In this document: piece after piece, positions 56,468 through 64,000 of the stretch
How the letters are laid out: the number at the start of each line of letters is the position of its first letter
Position numbering within the stretch: the first letter of the stretch is position 1
Assembly: GCA_963665125.2 (NCBI GenBank)
Contig: CAXXUK010000001.1
Location: 2,656,001 to 2,720,000, forward strand
Origin: an uncultured Desulfarculus sp.
GTDB taxonomy: Bacteria; Desulfobacterota; Desulfarculia; Desulfarculales; Desulfarculaceae
Direction: 5' to 3'
DNA: 64,000 nt
Position numbers and translations under genes: made by a program
Notes under the pieces: generated by a model
Databases searched by the model: none
What the model was told of the DNA's origin: nothing
Seen by the model: only the letters and a program-made list of their open reading frames with translations

Positions 56468-59263
56468 ATGACCAAACTGGGCATAATCATTCTGGGCCTT
56501 TTGGCCCTGGTCGCGGCCGCGCAGTTGGCCAAGCCGCTATGGCAACGTGCGCGCAACCGCCTGCGCTCACGCCCCAAAAGCAGCGTCCAGGCCATTGCCC
56601 GGACCAAGACCAGGCTGGACGTGCGCCTGTTGTGCCGCAGCTTGGGCTCCGGGGACCCCAAGATACGCCGGGCCGCGGCCGACGCCATCGCCGACATCGT
56701 CGTGGCCGGCGGACTGGCCAACCTCGGCCGGGCCCTGATGACCAGGGACATGGAAGTACGAACCTTCGCCGCCCTGTGGGCGCTGGCCTACAGCTATGAT
56801 TCGTCCTCCACTGGTCAGGTTTTTTCAGAGCTTGAAGGCATGCCCCAAATGTCCTACGCCAACGAACCGTCGCTGTTGATGCTGCAAATGGTGGATCATC
56901 TGGGCGTCGACAGGCTGGTGCGCGACCTGGGAGACGGCAACGCCGATGTGCGTTCCATCTCCGGCCTGGCCTGCGACGAGATATACCGCATCGCCGGGGT
57001 AGATCCGTTCGTCAAAGTATTGCAAAGCAGCGACGCCAACCTGCGCAAGCTGGCGGCCTGGGTCCTGGGGGCGTTCGGCGACCCGGACGCCTCGCCGTGG
57101 CTGGGAGCGGCGCTACAGGACGATGACATCTGGGTGCATCTGGAAGCCGCGGCGGCCATGTGGAAGATCCGCGACGCCAGAGGCGTCAAACCGCTGTTGA
57201 CCCTGATGGACAACGAAGTGGAAAACGTGGCCGCCCTGGCCCGCAAACGCCTGGCCGACATCGGCCCGGTAAAGGGCCTGGAGCAACTTGAGCCAGCCTT
57301 GTCCGACCGTTACAGCGGCGTGCGGGTCCAGGCTGTCGAGGCCATGGCCCTTTTAAGGGACCCCAAGGCGGTGCCGCTGTTGGCGCCTGTGTTGGCCGAA
57401 GGCGGGCACACCCTGCGAGAGGAAGCGGCCAAGGCCCTGGGGGTCATCGGCCATGCCTCGGCCCTGGAGCCCCTGGCCCAGGCCCTGGAAGACAAACGGC
57501 GGGACACGGCCCAGGAGCCCACCCGCATGGCGGCCGCCCGCTCCCTGGGCCGCATAGGCAGCATCAAGGCCTTGGCTCCCCTTGCCAGGGCCATGCAACA
57601 AGACACTCTGCGGCAGGCAGCCCAGGACGCCCTCATCGAATTGGCCGCCAAGGTGGGCAGCGGACCACTTCTGGCGGCCTTGGCCGACCAGGATGAAGCC
57701 GTGCGCCACGGCGCGGCCTTTGCCTTGCGTCACGCCACCGAACAAACAGCCCTGGAGCCACTGCTGCGGGCCCTTGCCGATTCGTCGGCAAAGGTCAGGG
57801 CCGAGGCGGCGGCGGCGCTGGGGCGCAGCGGCGACCCCGCCGCCGTGCCCCATCTGATCGAGGCCCTGGCCCTGACCGAAGAGGCATGGCCGGCCCTGGT
57901 GCGAATCGGGCCCATGGCGGCCAGCCCGCTGCTGGAGGCTTTGAAAAGGCCCAACGCCAACGAAAGAATGCGGGCGGCCCTGGCCCTTGGCGGCATCGGC
58001 GCGGCCGTGGCCGCCGAACCGCTGTGCGATTTGCTTTCGGACAATGTGCCCGCCGTGCGGGCGGCGGCGGCAAAGGCCATGGGCCAGTTGGGCCAGACAA
58101 GCGTCTCGGCCAAACTGACGCCGCTGTTGGGCGACAAGGACCAGGACGTTGTCCTGGCCGCCGCCGAGGCCCTGGGCAACATGCATAGCGGAGCGGCCGT
58201 AGGCGCGCTGCTGGCCATGCTGGAAGACAATTCCGCCGACATACGCCGGACCGCGGCAAAGGCCCTGGGCAACATCGGCGAAGCCGAGGCCGTGCCCGAC
58301 CTGACGCGGCTGATCAAGGATGACAACTTGGATGTGCGGGCCTCCGCCGTGGACGCCCTGGGCAACATCGGCGGTCCCAAGGCGGTGGGTGCGCTTATCG
58401 ACGGCCTTTTGGGGCTCAGCGACCCCGTGGCCAAACGGGCCGCGGCGGCATTGGGCCGCCTGGGCGCGCCCGAGGCCCTGGGGGCTCTGGCCGAGGTCAT
58501 GTACGAGGCCGCCCTGGCCGAACCGGCGGCAAAGGCCTTGGCCGATATCGGCAAGTCCCTGGGGCCCGACGAACTCAACCGGGCTCTCAAGTCAAGGGAC
58601 GCCACGACCCGGCTGGGCGCGGCAAACGCCCTGCGCCACAGCCCCCACGAGCGCTGCATCGGCACGCTCATCGCCCTGCTGGAGGACCGCGACCCCAGGG
58701 TGCGCGCCGGCGCGGCCCAGGCCTTGGGCGTGGCCGCACGGCAAGAGGCCGTGGCTCCGCTGGCCGCCGCCCTGGGCGACAAGGAAAAATCCGTTGCCGA
58801 TCAGGTGGCCGGGGCGCTTTTCGCCATCGGCGCCGCTGCCACACCCACTCTGCTCGGGAAGTTGCGCTCCGGCGACGGACGCTCCCGCCGCCGGGCGGCA
58901 AGGGTTCTGGCCCTGTTGGAAGACCGCCGGGCCGAGGACCCCTTGAAATACGCCATGGCCGACGCCCAGCCCGAGGTCCGGGTCGAGGCGGCTCTTGGCC
59001 TTGGGGTGTTGAAATCATCATCATCGGTGGATTTGCTGACCGAGGCCCTGCGCGACAGCAGCAAGGAGGTCCGCGCAGCCGCGGCCCAGGCCCTGGGAGA
59101 TATCGGCCAGGAAAAGGCCATCCGCCCCCTGGTCCGGGCCAAGAGCGACAGTGTAAAGGCCGTGCGCGACGCTTCCCTTGAAGCCCTGAAGAAGATCGGC
59201 AAGGACAAGGTGGCCGAAGTCATGGCCCAATACGGCCAGGAAGAATTTATTGAGTTGGACTAA
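56468..59263 (+). CDS. Membrane-anchored HEAT-repeat (PBS-lyase-like) protein
   Basis: N-terminal TM (LGIIILGLLALVAAAQL) and more than 20 repeats of VR..AA.ALG.IG...AV..L...L.D. Confidence 0.9.
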   Translation: MTKLGIIILGLLALVAAAQLAKPLWQRARNRLRSRPKSSVQAIARTKTRLDVRLLCRSLGSGDPKIRRAAADAIADIVVAGGLANLGRALMTRDMEVRTFAALWALAYSYDSSSTGQVFSELEGMPQMSYANEPSLLMLQMVDHLGVDRLVRDLGDGNADVRSISGLACDEIYRIAGVDPFVKVLQSSDANLRKLAAWVLGAFGDPDASPWLGAALQDDDIWVHLEAAAAMWKIRDARGVKPLLTLMDNEVENVAALARKRLADIGPVKGLEQLEPALSDRYSGVRVQAVEAMALLRDPKAVPLLAPVLAEGGHTLREEAAKALGVIGHASALEPLAQALEDKRRDTAQEPTRMAAARSLGRIGSIKALAPLARAMQQDTLRQAAQDALIELAAKVGSGPLLAALADQDEAVRHGAAFALRHATEQTALEPLLRALADSSAKVRAEAAAALGRSGDPAAVPHLIEALALTEEAWPALVRIGPMAASPLLEALKRPNANERMRAALALGGIGAAVAAEPLCDLLSDNVPAVRAAAAKAMGQLGQTSVSAKLTPLLGDKDQDVVLAAAEALGNMHSGAAVGALLAMLEDNSADIRRTAAKALGNIGEAEAVPDLTRLIKDDNLDVRASAVDALGNIGGPKAVGALIDGLLGLSDPVAKRAAAALGRLGAPEALGALAEVMYEAALAEPAAKALADIGKSLGPDELNRALKSRDATTRLGAANALRHSPHERCIGTLIALLEDRDPRVRAGAAQALGVAARQEAVAPLAAALGDKEKSVADQVAGALFAIGAAATPTLLGKLRSGDGRSRRRAARVLALLEDRRAEDPLKYAMADAQPEVRVEAALGLGVLKSSSSVDLLTEALRDSSKEVRAAAAQALGDIGQEKAIRPLVRAKSDSVKAVRDASLEALKKIGKDKVAEVMAQYGQEEFIELD

Positions 59264-59334
59264 CCACCATCTCCTTCAGATAATGAAATTGGGCAAACCA
59301 TAAGACCGATTTGTTGCTTTGGGGGAAAACAACC

Positions 59335-61077
59335 ATGCACAACTCCTGTTTTGAAGTAACGCCGAAACAATGGATGGCCATACCAGGCGCCGAAAATTCG
59401 AGTCTGTTTGCCATCATCGACAAGCCCAGTATTCGCACCAGCAATGTCTATCTCATTCACACGCCTTCCTGCTTTTTGGTTATCGACAGCGGTTCCGACG
59501 CTGATCATTTGGCCCTGGCCAGGCAGGCCGCCAGTCAGCTTGCCGGAGATTCAAGACTGCCCGTGGTGGTGCTGTTGACCCACTGTCATTATGACCATTG
59601 CGGCCACTTGACTGACGACAACAGGGACCTGCTGGAACAAGGGCCCCAGGCCACGGCGATCCATTGGCAAGGCGCCGAGCACCTGGCTCTGGCCGACGCC
59701 AAAGCCACCATCGCCGAGATCGGCGAAGTGGAGATCAAGCCGTATTACGCCGATGTCCATCTGTTCAGCCCCAAAGCCCGGGACCAGTCCTTCACCCTGG
59801 GCGATGGGGAATTTTCCTTGCGTCAAAAAAACTGGGCCATCCCCGGAGCAGAGCCGGGCTTGCTCCAAGTATTGACCTTGCCCCATGGCCAGGAAGTGAT
59901 GATCTACTCCACGCCAGGGCACTCGCCGGATTCCTGCTGCGTACAGGTCGGCGATTTGCTGTTTATCGGCGACATCCCGGTGGCAACGGCGCCATTCACG
60001 GCGGGAATCCACGGCTGGCAGGCCGAGCGGTTCACCCATTCCCTGATTGGGCTAACGGCCCTTTTGAATAGCGGCCAAGTGTCGCATTGCCTGCCGGGCC
60101 ACGGCGGAGCCATGGATTCAGACAAAACCTTGATGATCTTCGGCAAGCTCGCCAAACAGTGCCGGATTCTGGGTTCTCTGGAACTTTGCGACAGCGGCCG
60201 CATCGGATATTTTTCCGACTACGGCGGCGCATTGTTGGAGCAGATAAACGAAAAGTTCGACATGGTCGCCGTCCGCCTGGAGCGCCTCTCGCAGAAGCTG
60301 AATGAACTGGAAGAATCCGGCGCGGCGAAAAAATGCCGCCAAATGCTGGACCAGGCCTCGGCCAGGAAATTTCTGGAGCAATACGAGCTGATGCGGGTAG
60401 CCTACCGCTCGGGCCGCCACAGCAAGGCGGAAATGTCGATGAGCGCCTTCCGCACCGTGACCAGCCTTGGGCGTTTGGTTGACTTCGAACGTATGGCCCA
60501 AGTGGTAAACCCGTTTATCCTGGGAAGGCTCAAATTGCTTCTGACCGACTTCAGCCGGGCGGCCCAGGGCCTGCGTTTTACCGAGGCGGCCCAGACAGCC
60601 GACCTCAACGCCGAAGCCTTGCGAGTGATCCGCCTTAGCCTGGACCCGTTCGGGGCTCAGCCGGCCAACCCCGAAGACATTCCCCATGGCGAAGAGGAAT
60701 TCAGGGATTACCTGATCAAGCGCATCGCCCAGGTGCCGGTGTTTGTCAACACCGAGGTCGTCTGCGATATCGACGATTCAATTCGTATCGCGGCGCCGCT
60801 GATCCTGCCCCGCTTTGACCACTGCCTTGACATGCTCCTGGTGCGCCTGGCCCAAAGCGAGGCCCGGCGGATATCGCTGAGCACCAGCGGCGGCCAGGAG
60901 CCCCGGCTCAACCTTGACGCCGAATTCGAGCAGCCGCCGACCACGCCTCAGCTGATGGCCCTGGTGGCCGCTCGGCGCTGGCTGCCGACAGCGGCAATTG
61001 ACAGCACCCTCCACGTTGACGGCACGTGCTTGTCGATGAGCTTGAGTTTTAACGAAGAGTCAGCCTTGCCGTATTAG
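59335..61077 (+). CDS. MBL-fold metallo-hydrolase with a long C-terminal extension
   Basis: VIDSG, THCHYDH, TPGHSPD, FIGD and PGHG motifs, then about 300 aa of helical and alpha/beta sequence. Confidence 0.85.
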   Translation: MHNSCFEVTPKQWMAIPGAENSSLFAIIDKPSIRTSNVYLIHTPSCFLVIDSGSDADHLALARQAASQLAGDSRLPVVVLLTHCHYDHCGHLTDDNRDLLEQGPQATAIHWQGAEHLALADAKATIAEIGEVEIKPYYADVHLFSPKARDQSFTLGDGEFSLRQKNWAIPGAEPGLLQVLTLPHGQEVMIYSTPGHSPDSCCVQVGDLLFIGDIPVATAPFTAGIHGWQAERFTHSLIGLTALLNSGQVSHCLPGHGGAMDSDKTLMIFGKLAKQCRILGSLELCDSGRIGYFSDYGGALLEQINEKFDMVAVRLERLSQKLNELEESGAAKKCRQMLDQASARKFLEQYELMRVAYRSGRHSKAEMSMSAFRTVTSLGRLVDFERMAQVVNPFILGRLKLLLTDFSRAAQGLRFTEAAQTADLNAEALRVIRLSLDPFGAQPANPEDIPHGEEEFRDYLIKRIAQVPVFVNTEVVCDIDDSIRIAAPLILPRFDHCLDMLLVRLAQSEARRISLSTSGGQEPRLNLDAEFEQPPTTPQLMALVAARRWLPTAAIDSTLHVDGTCLSMSLSFNEESALPY

Positions 61078-61083
61078 GCGGGA

Positions 61084-61791
61084 TCAATCCATACCCAAAT
61101 ACGCCCGCTGCACCCTGCCGTCGGCGGCTAGTTCCTTGCCGCCGCCGGTGAGCACCACCTTGCCTGTTTCCAGGACATAGCCCCGTTTGCTGATACTCAG
61201 CGCCGCCGATGCGTTTTGCTCCACCAGCAGGATCGTCACGCCCTGGGCGGCGATGCGCCGGATGATGTTGAACACCTCGGCCACCAACAGCGGCGCCAGG
61301 CCCAGGCTGGGCTCATCGAGCATCAGCAGCTTGGGCTGGCTCATCAGCGAGCGGCCCAGGGCCAGCATCTGCTGTTCGCCGCCGCTTAATGTGCCCGCGT
61401 ACTGATGCCTGCGCTGGGCCAGGCGGGGAAAAGTCTCGTATATCCGGTCGATGTCGGCGTCGTGTTCACTGTCCCGTTTGCGGCTGTAGCCCCCCAGCAC
61501 CAGGTTTTCATGAACCGTGAGGTTGGCGAAGACCCGGCGGCCCTCGGGCGTGAGGATCAGCCCCTGGCGGGCCAGTTTGTGGGCCTTGGTGCCGGTGATT
61601 TCCCTGCCCTGGAAGATGATCTTGCCCGCGGCGGGTTTTAAGAGGCCGCTGGCCGCCCCCAGCAACGTCGATTTGCCCGCGCCGTTGGAGCCGATAAGGC
61701 AAGCTATCTCGCCCTCGTCAACGTGCAGGTCCACCCCGCGCAGGGCTGTTATGCCGCCATAGCGCACCACCAGGCCGCGAATCTCAAGCAT
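61084..61791 (-). CDS. livF: Branched-chain amino acid ABC transporter ATP-binding protein
   Basis: GSNGAGKST, PEGRRVF, LSGGEQQMLA and LDEPSLGLAP motifs. Confidence 0.95.
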   Translation of the reverse strand: MLEIRGLVVRYGGITALRGVDLHVDEGEIACLIGSNGAGKSTLLGAASGLLKPAAGKIIFQGREITGTKAHKLARQGLILTPEGRRVFANLTVHENLVLGGYSRKRDSEHDADIDRIYETFPRLAQRRHQYAGTLSGGEQQMLALGRSLMSQPKLLMLDEPSLGLAPLLVAEVFNIIRRIAAQGVTILLVEQNASAALSISKRGYVLETGKVVLTGGGKELAADGRVQRAYLGMD

Positions 61792-62584
61792 CGCCGCCCT
61801 CCTCCTGGGCCATCTCGATGCCCGCGCCCAGATAGGCCTCGATCACAGCCTTGTCAAGCTGCACCGCGCGGGGCGTGCCCCTGGCGATGACCCGGCCCTG
61901 GTCAAGGACGGTAAGGCTCTGGCAGATGTTCATCACAAAGTGCATATCATGCTCGATGAGCAGGATGGTCAGACCCATCTCGTCCCGCAGGCGCAGAACC
62001 AGCCTGGAAAGCGTGGCCGTCTCCTGGGGGTTCATGCCCGCGGCGGGCTCATCCAACAGCAGCAGCTTTGGGCCGGTGGCCAGGGCCCTGGCGATCTCCA
62101 ACAGCCGCTGGCTGCCGTAGGCCAGGTTGGCGGCCTTTTCGTTGATCAGCCTGCCCAGGCCCACCAGCTCCAGCAACTCCTCGGCCCGTTTTTCCATTTG
62201 GCGCTCCTGGCGCACATAGCCCGGCAGGCGCAGGATGGCCGAGATGAAGCTGGCCCGGAGCCCGCCGTGGAAGCCAACCAGCACGTTTTCCAGGGCCGAC
62301 AGATCGCCGAACAGGCGGATGTTTTGAAAGGTGCGGGCGATGCCCCGGTGGTTGATACGGCTGGGCCGCAGCCCGGCCAGGTCCCTGCCTTCGAAGGTCA
62401 CCCGTCCACCGGTGGGTTTGACCCGGCCGGTGATCAGGTTGAAACAGGTGGTCTTGCCCGCGCCGTTGGGGCCGATGAGCCCGGCCAAGACGCCCGGCTC
62501 GAGCTCCAGATCCAGACCGTCCACGGCCCTTAGCCCGCCGAAGGAACAGCTCAGGCCCTTGATTTCCAACAGGGACCGTCTCAT
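61784..62584 (-). CDS. livG: Branched-chain amino acid ABC transporter ATP-binding protein
   Basis: GPNGAGKTT, ARTFQNIRLF, LDEPAAGMN, IEHDM and EAYLG motifs. Confidence 0.95.
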   Translation of the reverse strand: MRRSLLEIKGLSCSFGGLRAVDGLDLELEPGVLAGLIGPNGAGKTTCFNLITGRVKPTGGRVTFEGRDLAGLRPSRINHRGIARTFQNIRLFGDLSALENVLVGFHGGLRASFISAILRLPGYVRQERQMEKRAEELLELVGLGRLINEKAANLAYGSQRLLEIARALATGPKLLLLDEPAAGMNPQETATLSRLVLRLRDEMGLTILLIEHDMHFVMNICQSLTVLDQGRVIARGTPRAVQLDKAVIEAYLGAGIEMAQEEGGDA

Positions 62585-63690
62585 TTGCCGCCTCCGGCCG
62601 GGGTTCGGCGGCCCAGCACTGCCGCCAGCCAGCGCCAGGAAAATTCATGGCGGCCCAGCAGGCCCCGGCGCATGAAGATCATGATCATAACCAGCAGCAG
62701 GCTGAAGATTACCATGCGCATGCCCGGAATTGCCGGGATGTCCAGCCCGATCAGCGGCACAGTGAAACCCTCTTCCACGAAGCGCAGGTGCTCCGAGCCG
62801 AAGGTGACCAGAAACGCGCCCAATAGCGCCCCGGTGGTGGAGCCCAGGCCGCCGATGACGATGATGATAAGCAATGTGAAGGTGAACAAGAAATCGAACT
62901 GTTTGGGGCTGATGGCCGTCAGCAGATGGGCTAAAAGCCCCCCGGCCACGCCCTCGAAAAAGGCGCTGGTGCAAAAGGCCAGCATCTTGTGCCAAAAGGC
63001 GTTGATGCCCATGGCCTCGGCGGCGGTCTCGTCCTCGCGCACGGCCTTCAGGGCCCGGCCGTAGGATGAGTTGACCAGGCGCACGATGACGAAAAGCGTC
63101 ACCCCCAACAGGCCCCAGGCCCACCATATATTTGTATCGCGGGGGATGCCCTTGAGCCCCAGGGGGCCGTTGGTCACGCTCTGGGCGTTTTCGGCCACCA
63201 CGCGGATCACCTCGCCGAAGCCCAGGGTGACGATGGCCAGATAGTCGCCTCGCACCCGGAATACCGGGAAGCCCATCAAAAAGGCCATCAGGGCCGTCAA
63301 CGACCCGGCGATGAGCAGGGCGGGCAACAAAGGTATGCAGAACTCGGACAGGGGCCAGACCAGGGGCTCCAGGATGAACGAAGCCATTTTTTCCTGGGGC
63401 GACAGGGTCAACAGGGCCGTGACATAGGCCCCGCAGGCCACGAAGGCGTTGGGCTCCAGGCTCAGCTGGCCGGTGACGCCGTTTATCAGGTTGTAGCTTA
63501 CGGCCAGGGTGGCGAACAGGGCGGCCATGGTCAGCATGTGTACCAGGTAGGGGTCGCCATGGCCGTCGAGCCAATACAACACCCAGGCCACGGCCAGGCA
63601 GAAGCCCACGGTGAGCATGTTGTCGCGGCCCCTGGTGGCGCTGCGCCGGGGCAAGGGCCCCAGGTCGAATATGCCGCCCAAAAGCCTCAC
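62581..63690 (-). CDS. livM: Branched-chain amino acid ABC transporter permease
   Basis: GQLSL, RGDYLAIVTLGFGE, GRALKAVREDETAA and IGGLGS motifs. Confidence 0.93.
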   Translation of the reverse strand: MRLLGGIFDLGPLPRRSATRGRDNMLTVGFCLAVAWVLYWLDGHGDPYLVHMLTMAALFATLAVSYNLINGVTGQLSLEPNAFVACGAYVTALLTLSPQEKMASFILEPLVWPLSEFCIPLLPALLIAGSLTALMAFLMGFPVFRVRGDYLAIVTLGFGEVIRVVAENAQSVTNGPLGLKGIPRDTNIWWAWGLLGVTLFVIVRLVNSSYGRALKAVREDETAAEAMGINAFWHKMLAFCTSAFFEGVAGGLLAHLLTAISPKQFDFLFTFTLLIIIVIGGLGSTTGALLGAFLVTFGSEHLRFVEEGFTVPLIGLDIPAIPGMRMVIFSLLLVMIMIFMRRGLLGRHEFSWRWLAAVLGRRTPAGGGK

Positions 63691-64000
63691 TCGGGCAGCT
63701 CCTGGCCCATGATGCCCGTTGGTCTGAACAGCAGGATCAAGATCAGCAGCAGAAAGGCCAGGGCGTCCTTATACCCGGCGATGGCCGGCAACAGGGCCAC
63801 CAGCATGATTTCCAGGAAGCCCAGGATCAATCCGCCCAGCATGGCCCCTGTGACGTTGCCGATGCCGCCCACCACGGCCGCGCTGAAGGCCTTGAGGCCG
63901 GGCATCACGCCCATGTTGGGGTTGATCTGGGGGTATTTCATGGCCCAGAACACGCCGCCCACGGCGGCCAGGGCCGAGCCGATTGCAAAGGTGTAGGCCA
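63687..64000 (-). CDS. livH: Branched-chain amino acid ABC transporter permease (3' part, truncated by the window edge)
   Basis: GLKAFSAAVVGGIGNVTGAMLGG..LLFRPTGIMG. Confidence 0.9.
   Translation of the reverse strand, partial: AYTFAIGSALAAVGGVFWAMKYPQINPNMGVMPGLKAFSAAVVGGIGNVTGAMLGGLILGFLEIMLVALLPAIAGYKDALAFLLLILILLFRPTGIMGQELPE

Overview
A GC-rich bacterial chromosomal window. Gene content suggests a sulfate-reducing Desulfobacterota ('deltaproteobacterium'), possibly Desulfarculales-like; this is inference, not a database result. (1) 1-20.5 kb: exosortase/EpsI-associated exopolysaccharide locus with a degenerate BY-kinase, priming sugar transferase, exosortase, EpsI, O-antigen ligase/polymerase-like protein, CapK-like ligase, deacetylase-like protein, two secreted polysaccharide-lyase-like proteins flanking a PrsT-like TPR protein, and four glycosyltransferases. 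(2) 20.5-32 kb: speD-speE, ihfA, a sigma54-preceded pair of tiny ORFs, an ~730-bp structured intergenic region, hypotheticals, M42 peptidase, GDPD, class IV aminotransferase and an acyltransferase fused to a degenerate GpsA domain. (3) 32-44 kb, minus strand: waaA, a DHS-fold unknown, carA, carB, purF, kdsD, a five-hairpin MITE-like element, resB and ccsB. (4) 44-56 kb: MerR/MFS, an HD-GYP response regulator and a TetR-controlled beta-oxidation cluster built from two multidomain fusions resembling rearranged peroxisomal MFE-2/SCPx enzymes, the best candidate for an undescribed system. (5) 56-64 kb: HEAT-repeat protein, MBL-fold protein and a liv-type ABC transporter. No tRNA, rRNA, CRISPR array or transposase was recognised. 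All calls are by-eye motif recognition; no searches were run.
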